From Candidatus Dojkabacteria bacterium (GTDB lineage: Bacteria; Patescibacteriota; Dojkabacteria; JAHIVN01), in NCBI GenBank assembly GCA_016932045.1, contig JAFGDO010000032.1:127612-191611 (forward strand): a DNA stretch of 64,000 nt, written 5' to 3'. The notes under the pieces are model-generated. The model saw only the letters and a program-made list of their open reading frames with translations, did not search any database and was not told the origin of the DNA. This document shows, one piece after another, positions 46,765 to 56,403 of this stretch; the first letter of the stretch is position 1; every line of letters begins with the position of its first letter. A program made the translations under genes and the position numbers.

Positions 46765-47004
46765 ATTGTGCTCATTTTAAAATATTGGCGTTTAATATGA
46801 TAGCATATTAAATTAGTATTGTTTAGTTTAAGCTACATTTGAAGCAAAAAATCCTGAGGGCTACTCATATTAAGTTTAGCGGTTTACATGTATTTCAAAA
46901 TGAAAACAGAATGACGTCAAAAAGCGCCAGTCATGGATATCGTTTTAAATAGCTATAGTTGTGGATTTTCTCCTGTGGTGCTAAAATGTGGAACAATTTC
47001 AGAC

Positions 47005-48096
47005 ATGAAGATAGGAAAAAAAGATAAACAAAAATTGAAAGAACTAGTTAAAAGGGGGCATATTCAGGGATATCTCACACAGGATGAGGTCCTCGAAATA
47101 TTCCCTGAAATTGAGGAGGATTTGTCCCTACTTGAATACCTAATCATAAAACTTCAAGATGAAGAAATAGAAATTATTGAGCCACTTGACGAAGCTGTGG
47201 AGCCTGTAGAAGCTGAGCGTATGGATTTTGAAAGGAAGATTCAGGTTCTTAAGAAAATTCGTTCTCACATCTCTACCGATCCCATAAGGGCATACCTGCA
47301 TGAGATCGGAAAGATACCCCTTCTGACAGCCGAAGAAGAGGTTATACTTGCCAAAAGGATAGAAAAAGGTGATAAAGAAGCGAAGGACCTACTTACAACG
47401 GCGAATCTCCGATTAGTTGTAAGTATAGCAAAAAAGTATTCGAAGAGGGGGCTGGATCTTTTGGATTTGATACAGGAAGGGAATATCGGTCTAATGCGTG
47501 CCGTAGAAAAGTTTGAATATAAGAAAGGGTTTAAATTTTCCACCTATGCTACTTGGTGGATTCGTCAGGCTATAACTAGAGCCATTGCTGATCAGGCTAG
47601 AACTATAAGAATTCCTGTTCATATGATCGAAACCATAAACAAGTTGAGCAAAGTGATAAATAAACTTTCTGCAAAGCTTGGTAGAAGTCCAGAACCTGAA
47701 GAGATAGCAGAGGAAATGGACATGGAGGTTGACAAGATTCATGAGATTATCAAGATTGCTCAACGTCCATCATCTCTTGATGCTCCAATAGGAGAAGAGC
47801 AGGATAGTAAACTTGGAGATATTATTCCGGACGAGTATGGTGTTGCTCCGGCGGATATTGCTAGCTGGGCATTTCTCAAAAAACAGGTTAATAAGATGCT
47901 TGCCAAACTAACCGACAGGGAGAAGAAGGTGCTAGAGTTGAGATTTGGACTGAAGGACGGAGTCTCGCGTACTTTAGAGGAAGTGGGGCATGAATTCCGG
48001 GTTACAAGAGAAAGGATAAGGCAAATCGAAGCAAAAGCGCTAAAGGCTCTGAAATCTCCTGAGATCAAACAAGCTTTTAAAGATTACCTGAAGTAA
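47005..48096 (+). CDS. rpoD: RNA polymerase sigma-70 factor
   Basis: Region 2 ([28 protein letters not shown]) and region 4 ([23 protein letters not shown]). Start likely ATG 47005. Confidence 0.9.
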   Translation: MKIGKKDKQKLKELVKRGHIQGYLTQDEVLEIFPEIEEDLSLLEYLIIKLQDEEIEIIEPLDEAVEPVEAERMDFERKIQVLKKIRSHISTDPIRAYLHEIGKIPLLTAEEEVILAKRIEKGDKEAKDLLTTANLRLVVSIAKKYSKRGLDLLDLIQEGNIGLMRAVEKFEYKKGFKFSTYATWWIRQAITRAIADQARTIRIPVHMIETINKLSKVINKLSAKLGRSPEPEEIAEEMDMEVDKIHEIIKIAQRPSSLDAPIGEEQDSKLGDIIPDEYGVAPADIASWAFLKKQVNKMLAKLTDREKKVLELRFGLKDGVSRTLEEVGHEFRVTRERIRQIEAKALKALKSPEIKQAFKDYLK

Positions 48097-48146
48097 GATT
48101 CCCCTGGGTATATAATTTGATCAAGTTGAGCAAATCTCTTCACTGT

Positions 48147-48175
48147 TTGACAAAGCCGAGAAATTGCTGTATTGT
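48147..48175 (+). promoter_or_regulatory. sigma-70-like promoter for the riboswitch-controlled operon
   Basis: TTGACA (48147-48152), 17-nt spacer, TATTGT (48170-48175). Confidence 0.4.
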
Positions 48176-48189
48176 CAAGCTACAATTTT

Positions 48190-48345
48190 TTATTTGGGGC
48201 AAGAAGCGATGAACTTGATTGGTTTATCGTGTAGGGTGAGATTCCCTCGCTGTGCCGCAACTGTCCATGAAGTAGAGAAATTTACTTCATGGGAAAGTCA
48301 GAAAACCCAAGTGAAAATTTTAAACTCTCGAGCAAGGGGTTTTGA
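48190..48345 (+). promoter_or_regulatory. cobalamin (B12) riboswitch
   Basis: Conserved elements in order: GGGTGAGATTCC, CTGTGCCGCAACTGTCC, GGGAAAG, and B12-box-like AGTCAGAAAACC. Followed by a terminator. Confidence 0.65.
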
Positions 48346-48395
48346 TTCAATTTAAGTGATCAAAATCAATTAGGAGAATTAAGTTCAGAATTAAC

Positions 48396-48429
48396 GATCC
48401 TCTCGAGAGAGAGGATTTTTGTTTTTTTT
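48396..48429 (+). terminator. intrinsic terminator (riboswitch expression platform)
   Basis: ATCCTCTC-GAGA-GAGAGGAT perfect 8-bp stem then TTTTTGTTTTTTTT. Confidence 0.6.
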
Positions 48430-48583
48430 AATGACTGAGAAGGTCAGAGTTTTTTGCTTACTAGTTAGGAACTATGGACAGGTTCTATGGATTTTTAATA
48501 TTGTAATGTGCTGTTTTGATCTTGGTTGAATAAATTCCGGCTTTAGTCTGCCCATTTTTATTTTATTTTTTTTATTATTTTAA

Positions 48584-49075
48584 ATGGGTAAGTTAGATAA
48601 AAAGCAGCTTCTATGGGGTGCAGTAGCAGGAGCGATAACTGTCCTTCTTATGTTGGTAACTTATGTGGTCGGTATTGAAAAAGGGAAAGAAACCTCGGTT
48701 TTAAGCGAATCTCAGAATCAAGGGAATTACATAGATGACAAGGAAGTGTATATTGCAGTGAGATCAGACTGTACTGATTATGACCTAAGAACAGAGGAAG
48801 ATCATATGAGAAAATACTGTTTAAACTATATCGATGGTGAGACAGCTTTTAGTACTTTGGCAAGGCTTGATCAAGATTCAGAGGAATTCTCCTTTGATTA
48901 TGATGAAAGTGATTTCGGGGTTTTTATAACATCTATAAATAATTACCATCCTGATGTGAAAAGTAAGTTCTGGGCCTTTTTGGTTAACGGAGAAATGAGT
49001 ATGGTGGGTGTTAGTGATCATCTTGTTCAAGATGGTGACGAACTGGGGTTTAGAGTTGAGGAAGTGGTGTTTTAA
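48584..49075 (+). CDS. DUF4430-like secreted/membrane-anchored protein
   Basis: N-terminal TM, then the beta-grasp-like pattern W.F.VNGE…G…L.DGDEL.F seen in DUF4430. Confidence 0.6.
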   Translation: MGKLDKKQLLWGAVAGAITVLLMLVTYVVGIEKGKETSVLSESQNQGNYIDDKEVYIAVRSDCTDYDLRTEEDHMRKYCLNYIDGETAFSTLARLDQDSEEFSFDYDESDFGVFITSINNYHPDVKSKFWAFLVNGEMSMVGVSDHLVQDGDELGFRVEEVVF

Positions 49076-49135
49076 AAAGTAATATGAAGTTAATGATCTT
49101 ACATTCTTAATAATTAAAATTATAAACTGTCAATC

Positions 49136-49702
49136 ATGAAGGTCAAAGATGTTTTGCTTATCTTTATATACGTCCTACTTGGAGTCTTAACCAGAACTAT
49201 TTGGCACATTGCCCCTAATGTCGAGTTTGTAACTGCATTGTCTATAGCCAGCGCATTTTTCTTGAGGAAAAAGTACTCGTTCTTTGTACCAATTATAATT
49301 ATGGTTGTTAGTGATTTGATTATTGGCAATACTCCGATATTTCTTTTTACATGGTCAGCTTTTGCATTAGCCCATATATTGGGGAAGTCTCTGCATTTGA
49401 ATGTTGCAGATAGGCTGCTTGGAAAGATTGCTAGAGAAGTGAAGATATTGGTTGTGTCCGAATGCGGAGGAATAATTTTTTCACTATTTTTCTACCTCTG
49501 GACAAATTTTGGTGTAGTTGTTGTTTCAAATATGTATCCTAAAAATATAGAGGGTTTGTTTCTGAGCTACAAGATGGGCCTTCCCTTTTTATGGCCCCAG
49601 CTTATTGGCAATATGATCATTGTACCAGCAGTTTTTTTACTTACCGACATCGCATACAAGAGGAAGTTCAATATATTAAAAGGTGTAAGGGAGAAGGTGT
49701 GA
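49136..49702 (+). CDS. small polytopic membrane protein, putative ECF-type transporter substrate-specific (S) component
   Basis: 188 aa with about 6 hydrophobic helices. Co-transcribed candidate downstream of the B12 riboswitch and the DUF4430 gene. Confidence 0.45.
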   Translation: MKVKDVLLIFIYVLLGVLTRTIWHIAPNVEFVTALSIASAFFLRKKYSFFVPIIIMVVSDLIIGNTPIFLFTWSAFALAHILGKSLHLNVADRLLGKIAREVKILVVSECGGIIFSLFFYLWTNFGVVVVSNMYPKNIEGLFLSYKMGLPFLWPQLIGNMIIVPAVFLLTDIAYKRKFNILKGVREKV

Positions 49703-49781
49703 GGTAAAGAGTTCAGTGGTTGTTTATCTTTGCTTCGGTTGTTGTTATAATATATTTTGAATAAGTTTTTTTGAAATTTTT

Positions 49782-51125
49782 GTGAAGAGGACTATTACAT
49801 TCCTACTGATCTATCTTTTTACTCTCTCTTTCTTTCCCATCAGTGTTTTTGCACAGGAAACTCAGACAACTACACTTTTTCCTTCCCAAGATGCCACTAT
49901 TGTCCAGGGAAACTCAAGTAACTATGGAAGTCTATCCACATTGACTTGTGCAAATGATGGGGTAGAATTCAAGTCTTTTTCGGTTAAGTTTGACTTAGGA
50001 GTATTGCCTTCAAATGCACAAATTGAAAATGTTACTTTGAATTTAGTGCAGAATAATTCGGGAGGCGATACGGTTGTTGTTAATGTGTATAGAATTACAT
50101 CAAGCTGGGGTGAGACATCTGTGACTGGAACAAATAAGCCTACCATCGATACCGGAGTAAGCTATGGTGCATTATCTGTTGATACAAATAATGGGCAAAA
50201 AACATTTCCTCAGGATTTTTCAGGACTTATTAAGTCTTGGCTGGCAAATCCAAGTACGAATTTTGGGCTACATTTCGAAGCTACGACTTCAGCAAACTAC
50301 AGTCACGAATTCGGGAGTAGAGAAAGTGGAAGTAAGCCTTCGCTAGTTATTACTTATAGTATTCCTGATGAAGATTCTCCTGTCATATCTGATATTCAAG
50401 TGACAGAAATTTCCTCTGACGAAGTAACGATCAAATGGGTTACCAGCGAAGAGTCAACAAGTTATGTTGAATACGGGGAAGGTACAGATTATGGGAAGTT
50501 ATCAGGAAGTGATGACTTTGTTTCAAGTCATATAGTAAAGATCGGATTGCTTAAATCAGATGCTACATACCATTTTAAGGTTATCAGCGAAGATGCTGTC
50601 GGGAACAGGATTGAGTCTGAGGATCGGACATTTAAAACCTCTAAAGATGGGGAGGAGGAAGGGCCAGAAAAAAGCGATGAGCATGTTTCTTCTGATATCG
50701 CTCCGCCTCAACACCTTAAGTTAGCTATAGTCACTGAAGATGGCAAGTATTCTGTAGAATTAAAATGGGATCATACTATTACAGAAGACTTTGATGGATA
50801 TAGAATTTACAGAAGTGGAGAAGATGCTATCTCATACGTGTTATTGACAGAAGTAGGGCCTGATAAAACATATTACAAGGATCAGGAGGTTGAGAAGGGA
50901 AAAACTTATTTTTATATACTGAGGACTGTGAGGGGAGAAGAGGAATCGGCGGACTCAAATGAAGAAGTTGTTACTATTTACTCAAGTATACTTGGAGAAA
51001 GTTTGAACGGCCTAAGCTTTTGGAAAGGCTTTATCATTTGCAATATCTTTATTTTGCCTCTATTTGGCCTTGGATATTATTATTACAAGAAGAAAGGGAA
51101 GAGGCTAGGCAAGAAGAAAAAATGA
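49782..51125 (+). CDS. cell-surface protein: signal peptide, DNRLRE-like domain, two fibronectin type III domains, C-terminal TM anchor with polybasic tail
   Basis: Signal peptide (LIYLFTLSFFPISVFA). DNRLRE-like region (ATIVQGNSSNYGS…VNVYRITSSWGE). FN3 (EISSDEVTIKWVTSEESTSYVEYG…TYHFKV). C-terminal hydrophobic helix plus KKKGKRLGKKKK. Confidence 0.7.
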   Translation: MKRTITFLLIYLFTLSFFPISVFAQETQTTTLFPSQDATIVQGNSSNYGSLSTLTCANDGVEFKSFSVKFDLGVLPSNAQIENVTLNLVQNNSGGDTVVVNVYRITSSWGETSVTGTNKPTIDTGVSYGALSVDTNNGQKTFPQDFSGLIKSWLANPSTNFGLHFEATTSANYSHEFGSRESGSKPSLVITYSIPDEDSPVISDIQVTEISSDEVTIKWVTSEESTSYVEYGEGTDYGKLSGSDDFVSSHIVKIGLLKSDATYHFKVISEDAVGNRIESEDRTFKTSKDGEEEGPEKSDEHVSSDIAPPQHLKLAIVTEDGKYSVELKWDHTITEDFDGYRIYRSGEDAISYVLLTEVGPDKTYYKDQEVEKGKTYFYILRTVRGEEESADSNEEVVTIYSSILGESLNGLSFWKGFIICNIFILPLFGLGYYYYKKKGKRLGKKKK

Positions 51126-51222
51126 GCAGTTTTATACTATAGTACAAACAGCAGGTAGCTTATAGATAATTTCTCGATATTACCAATTATTTCCTACTTT
51201 TTCCCTTTAATCCTATATTTTT

Positions 51223-52038
51223 TTAGCTACTTGCAGAAGAGTAATGTTTAATCATTTTGTTCCAAAAGGTTATTGCGGCAAAAAGGAATACTATTGCTAA
51301 TATACCCCCTATTAGTATTGGCCCGCCCGAGGGCCCGTGCATCATAGTATAAGCAGGAATACTTGAAACAAAAACAACAGGAAAGATGTAGAAAAAGATA
51401 ACTTTTAGGGCACCTTCATAAACATGATGCGGATTTGATTTATAGAAGAATATATGTTCGCCGATACTTGGTATTGAAGGTGTATTTATAAAGAGAAAAG
51501 AGAATGAGGCCGATATTACAAGTATTGAGAAACCTATGATGAATCCGCAGGCTAGAAGAAAAATCCCCGCAAAGACACCGGAAGTATTTAAAGAGAGGTC
51601 CGAATGTGAAATTGCATAGAACATAAGGAAGAATCCAGAAATTGTTGATATAAAGCTCATGATATATGGGTGTCCTAGGCTTGCTTGGAATAGGCTATTA
51701 AGTGGCCTAAGAATGATAGCATCAAGAGCTCCGGTGCGGATTTTTTCGGGAAGTCTACGAAGGTTGAATATACTCAAAGCTCCAAGAAGAACTTCACTTG
51801 TTATCACGTTAATTCCGGCTAAGAATAGCATTTCATGATAACTCCATCCTGCAAGTTCCTTTATGTTGCTGAATATCACGTTAAAGAAGAGTATATGTGC
51901 CCCCTGATATCCAAACTCGACAGCTAGTTCCACAAAGAAGCTAATTCTGTAGCTTACAATTTCCATAAAGCTGTATTTGACCAGCAGAAGGTATATCCGC
52001 AAATATTTTTTAATTGCTTTAATTCCCGAAAGCTTCAT
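51223..52038 (-). CDS. ABC-2-type transporter permease
   Basis: 6-TM permease-like topology. Pairs with the upstream gene, which it overlaps by 20 nt. Confidence 0.55.
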   Translation of the reverse strand: MKLSGIKAIKKYLRIYLLLVKYSFMEIVSYRISFFVELAVEFGYQGAHILFFNVIFSNIKELAGWSYHEMLFLAGINVITSEVLLGALSIFNLRRLPEKIRTGALDAIILRPLNSLFQASLGHPYIMSFISTISGFFLMFYAISHSDLSLNTSGVFAGIFLLACGFIIGFSILVISASFSFLFINTPSIPSIGEHIFFYKSNPHHVYEGALKVIFFYIFPVVFVSSIPAYTMMHGPSGGPILIGGILAIVFLFAAITFWNKMIKHYSSASS

Positions 52039-52822
52039 ATTTTTTAATTCCTTTTTTCCACAGAATTAAACCTGAAATAAAAAAAATCAGTAACCACAAA
52101 AGAATTCCTGCTAAATCAGAGAGAATATTCTCCTGTATATTTCTGCTCCCAGAAAAATAACTTATAGGGACATAGTAGAAGTATTTAAAAGGGAGGTTTT
52201 CAAAAATTGTCCGAATATTTGCAGGTAGTAAGTCAAAAGGAAAGCTCAGGCCCCCAAAAACTGAAAATAGGATGTATTTAAAATGCCTGAAAGACCATAC
52301 ATCTGTTACCCAAAATGCTAGCCAGGAAATAAAAAGATCCATGATGAAGTGTAGAAGGAATCCTCCGGAAGCAAAAGCTAAGGCTAGAAGAATATTGTAG
52401 AACTTAAACTCGGAAGAAGGGAGGAGTTTCGAGTAAGTCACGATGATAATTAAATAGATCGGCAGGATAAGTACAAGGGTATGAATTTTTCTTGCTATCA
52501 TTTCTGCAAGACTATCCAGCCATAGGTTGTAAGGTTTCAAGAGATATTTTGATAATTCACCCGATCTTATCTCTTGAGATCTTTTACTTGAAATATCTAC
52601 CTGAGTTATAAATCCTATGAGAGGAACAATTAGATAATAGAGCAGAGTAGCTCCAAAGGTAAATCCTCTTATCTCATTTTCTGAGCGGAATATTGCAATC
52701 CAAAGTATGAGAACTTCTCCAATTGAAATAAGCTCGAGAATAATTATACCAACTAGATTTGCTCTATACTCGAGCATTGTACCAAGATAGTTTTTGAAAA
52801 GCTGAAGGTACTTTTTCATCAC
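52019..52822 (-). CDS. ABC-2-type transporter permease
   Basis: 6-TM permease-like topology. No ATPase gene adjacent. Confidence 0.55.
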   Translation of the reverse strand: MMKKYLQLFKNYLGTMLEYRANLVGIIILELISIGEVLILWIAIFRSENEIRGFTFGATLLYYLIVPLIGFITQVDISSKRSQEIRSGELSKYLLKPYNLWLDSLAEMIARKIHTLVLILPIYLIIIVTYSKLLPSSEFKFYNILLALAFASGGFLLHFIMDLFISWLAFWVTDVWSFRHFKYILFSVFGGLSFPFDLLPANIRTIFENLPFKYFYYVPISYFSGSRNIQENILSDLAGILLWLLIFFISGLILWKKGIKKYEAFGN

Positions 52823-52884
52823 AGAACAATTATATAGGAATTCAGCACTTTTTATAACAGAATGTAATAGTGCAAAAGGAGTTA

Positions 52885-53301
52885 TTATTTCGCGGACTGA
52901 AGTGCGGTATCGGCAGTTATTGCGAGTGACAATTTTGCACCCGGAGGTTGCGAAACTGATGCTACAAGTTCATCACCGGGTTGACCATCGACATTCCAAC
53001 ATTTTTGAGACCCACAGTCACCACTTGAAAACTCTTGTCCACTTGTCTGATCTCTTAATGTGTCCTCATTAACCACCTTAAATTCTCTCCACCCCGAAGC
53101 AGGATCCCACCAAAAGAAGCTATCTCCCGGATATGCTCTGAGATAGGATGGCTTGCCAGGTTCAATAGTTGGAGGCAAAGGGGTTTCCCTTGCAAAAACA
53201 CCTGGACTACAACCTGTGGCTATCATAGCTAATGCCAAAAGAAATGCATATTTCATTCTTTGAGCTCTTGTTGAAGTTGTTCTGGGCTCTCTATTTTCCA
53301 T
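52885..53301 (-). CDS. putative lipoprotein (atypical composition)
   Basis: Signal peptide with lipobox LALAMIATGCS. The start may be the internal ATG at 53256. Confidence 0.55.
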   Translation of the reverse strand: MENREPRTTSTRAQRMKYAFLLALAMIATGCSPGVFARETPLPPTIEPGKPSYLRAYPGDSFFWWDPASGWREFKVVNEDTLRDQTSGQEFSSGDCGSQKCWNVDGQPGDELVASVSQPPGAKLSLAITADTALQSAK

Positions 53302-53415
53302 TGAGTTGTAATTATTGTTTATAACCTATGTGATTATACCATAACCCATAGTCACTTTTCCAAAAGCCTAAACACCTGACAGGTATTGCCAGGAATGTAG
53401 CCAAGCAGAATAGGT

Positions 53416-55029
53416 GTGGCTTATAGTATTATTTGGCCTTGGTATATAACTATCATGTTAAAAAAGATGGAAGGTATATCTGAAACCTGTCAAAGACAAA
53501 CATATGATAGAAGAACTATGGTTCAAATGGTTTTTCTATTAGCTACTAGTGCAGTTATTTCTAGCTGTATTCCTGACGGATTATTACCGTCTGAAACACC
53601 TTCGGAAACTCAAGAACCCTTAGTGCCGCCGGAAAGCAAGAAAATTATTAGAGACGTATTTACAGACCTTACAGCTGTAGGAGATCATTGGTATGATACC
53701 ATTATTCCAATTGTTTCTGATAGTCAAAGACAAGGAAGTTTTCAATCAAGAAATGGAGTTGAGATAAGTTATGAAGTTCAGGATATTGAAGTAGAGGATG
53801 TCGGTGGTGAGATCCAAGAGATGAAGGTTTCATTCGATGGTAGTAAGTTCTGTGTCTCGGTTAAGGCAGATTTTGATCCACCGGAAGGTACGGACGTAAG
53901 CAGAGAAGATAGTTTCGAGAAGAGGATTATAACCGAGAGTTTTGCTATACACGAGTCTATACATCTCCTTACTATACTTGAATCCGTGTCTAGGATTGCT
54001 GCAACGATTGATGCTCAAAGAGAAGGCTTGGATTTTGGCGAGGTATGTACTCAGATTGGTCAGATGATACAAGAGGCCGGCGATGTGTATCGTGTTGAAA
54101 GGGAATTTTTGCCAACATTATTTATGTCGCTGTTCACAAAATACGCTCTCGAACAAAAAGGCATGCATGTTGAGTTACTGAAAGTCGGACTGAAAAGTAC
54201 CGAAGACGGAAAAAGTTTAGAAGGTACTTTTGCTGTTCCTGTTTATATTGCAGAAGATCAGGAGCTCACATGGGGATTAGCCGGTACTGCAGAAACTGTT
54301 TCAATATTTTCCTGGTATCCGGGCACGAGTGATGGATTAGACCTAACAGGTCAAACCTGGGAAGAGATTTTAAATGCTTTAGCAGCTAGAGTAGATGCAA
54401 AAGAAGGAGTACCAGTCTTATTCGGGAGCTTTCAATCAATGTTGCCTGTTTATAGCAGAGCAAACTTTCCTAAAGCTAGCCTCTATCCCGAGCTGGAAAG
54501 TCTGTGGGAGTTTCAAAAAAGAATTGGCGAGGCAAAAATTCTCAGGATGATCGAAGAAGATTGTCGTAATTTGGGACAAATTATTTTTGCAGAAGGGAAT
54601 ATTTTTAATGTTACAGATGGGGTATCAAAGGTTGATGAAGACGGGCAAGTAAGGCCCGATGACGATCAGAGAACCTTTACTTTATATACTCGAGGTGGAA
54701 GCATTTATTTTATTGCTCACGATTATAGAGAGGCTGGACAGTTTATTAAAAAGCTTACTGAGGGAAATACATTTGCCTGGGCTCTTCGGGGGCAAACCTA
54801 TTCGTACGTTGTATGTGGAGATAGGGATCTTGAGGTTGGTGAGGATATGCATACTTTTGATCAGCTTGCCGAACAAGTAAAGATTAATTTTGGAGAAGAC
54901 TGCTTAAAAGTTATCTTTATAACATGTAACGGCCTGCCTTATCGCCAGAGGTTTACTGATGGCAAAGAGGGAGATTTGCCTGAAAGTTATCATGTAGTAA
55001 CTGCAAAGTTTGACCTTAAAGTAACCTAG
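53416..55029 (+). CDS. putative lipoprotein / secreted hypothetical protein (atypical composition)
   Basis: Internal signal-like segment MVQMVFLLATSAVISSC with a lipobox; the true start is probably downstream of 53416. No recognised domain. Confidence 0.55.
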   Translation: MAYSIIWPWYITIMLKKMEGISETCQRQTYDRRTMVQMVFLLATSAVISSCIPDGLLPSETPSETQEPLVPPESKKIIRDVFTDLTAVGDHWYDTIIPIVSDSQRQGSFQSRNGVEISYEVQDIEVEDVGGEIQEMKVSFDGSKFCVSVKADFDPPEGTDVSREDSFEKRIITESFAIHESIHLLTILESVSRIAATIDAQREGLDFGEVCTQIGQMIQEAGDVYRVEREFLPTLFMSLFTKYALEQKGMHVELLKVGLKSTEDGKSLEGTFAVPVYIAEDQELTWGLAGTAETVSIFSWYPGTSDGLDLTGQTWEEILNALAARVDAKEGVPVLFGSFQSMLPVYSRANFPKASLYPELESLWEFQKRIGEAKILRMIEEDCRNLGQIIFAEGNIFNVTDGVSKVDEDGQVRPDDDQRTFTLYTRGGSIYFIAHDYREAGQFIKKLTEGNTFAWALRGQTYSYVVCGDRDLEVGEDMHTFDQLAEQVKINFGEDCLKVIFITCNGLPYRQRFTDGKEGDLPESYHVVTAKFDLKVT

Positions 55030-55051
55030 GCGGAGGAGTTCGCGAGAAGGT

Positions 55052-56302
55052 CTAAAGTTTAAGTATCAAAAAGAAATTAATACAAATCTGTACTATCAGA
55101 GATATAGCAATAATCCCACTTATCACATATCTTAATACCTTATTCTTGATACCAAAAAATTCCTCAAAGGATTTCCCGATTAATAAAAACATAAATGGAT
55201 AGGCAGGGAAGACGTACCAGCTAATTTTGGTTTGAATAATAGTTATTAAGATTAAGGTAATGAACGGAGCAATTAGGCAGGAGAATAAAGAGTAGTTGAT
55301 AGTTACTAGTGAAGCAGAGTACTTTTTTACTAAATATGCAAGCGAAACAAGTAATAATTCTCCTGAAAAAAAGAAATCCTTTCTGAATAAAAGAGTTATA
55401 TAGAAGTACCAAGGCTCAGTATGTCCCTCAAGTGAGGATATTCCTCTTTTGATAACATGATATCCTATATAGCTGTTCCAGAATTCCTCTCCAAATCGTA
55501 TATGCATATAGATGTGCCATGGCAGTGTGATAATTAACAGTGTAAAAATAATAATTAAAAATGAAATCAGTAGCTGTTTTATTTTTGCCCTTTTGTAATT
55601 CAACAATTGGTAAAGGGAAAAAGTAATTAATGGAATGAGTGCAAATGGGCCTTTTGTTAAAAGCCCAAGGCCTGTTAGAATTCCTGCTAAAGCTAGCAAA
55701 GAGTATTTTTTCTCCCTTGTGAAACGCATTGATTGCCAAAAAGACCAAAAGCTGAGCATGATCAAAAGTAATTGCAGGGCATCCATGTCTGCTGTTCTGA
55801 AAGAATGTGTCGAAAAGATTTTGCTGCTTTCAAGAAATAGGTGCCTTGTGGCTAGGGTAGAGAAAGCTGCAACTAGACCAGCTTTATATGAAAACATCTT
55901 CCATCCAAGATAAAAAACAAGTGCAACGATTCCTAATCCAGACAAGGCACTAATTATTCTTACAGAAAAATTATTTATCCCGAATACCTTGGTGGAAATT
56001 AGTGCTAGATAGAACCAGAGGAGCGGCTTTTCAAAGAATTTATCAGAAGTCTGTTTAGTATAAGTACAGGTCGGGCTTGATGCTTGGTCTTCCGATAGAT
56101 CGGGACATTCTTTTCTGAATGTATACCAGTTATTCTTCTTTAATATTAAATGATCTCTCGACTCGACAGTGTCATAAATTACTCCGAAGTAGATATATTC
56201 ATCCCACGTCTCGAGTTCCGGCTTGGAGAGTTTATAAAAGCAGAAAAAGATTGCAAGAGCGAGAAGTATTGTTGTGAGAACTACTTTTGCTGTCTTCTTC
56301 AA
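55052..56302 (-). CDS. GT-C glycosyltransferase, family 39 / ArnT-PMT-like
   Basis: Polytopic, WDEYIY acidic motif in the first extracytoplasmic loop, typical length. Confidence 0.65.
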   Translation of the reverse strand: MKKTAKVVLTTILLALAIFFCFYKLSKPELETWDEYIYFGVIYDTVESRDHLILKKNNWYTFRKECPDLSEDQASSPTCTYTKQTSDKFFEKPLLWFYLALISTKVFGINNFSVRIISALSGLGIVALVFYLGWKMFSYKAGLVAAFSTLATRHLFLESSKIFSTHSFRTADMDALQLLLIMLSFWSFWQSMRFTREKKYSLLALAGILTGLGLLTKGPFALIPLITFSLYQLLNYKRAKIKQLLISFLIIIFTLLIITLPWHIYMHIRFGEEFWNSYIGYHVIKRGISSLEGHTEPWYFYITLLFRKDFFFSGELLLVSLAYLVKKYSASLVTINYSLFSCLIAPFITLILITIIQTKISWYVFPAYPFMFLLIGKSFEEFFGIKNKVLRYVISGIIAISLIVQICINFFLILKL

Positions 56303-56403
56303 GGTTGGTGATTATTTAGATTTAGGTAGTCTCTTTGATTCTAATGGCAAAATGAAAAGATGTCATCTTAGGACAATTAAACTTGAGTATCCGGATTTGA
56401 GTC

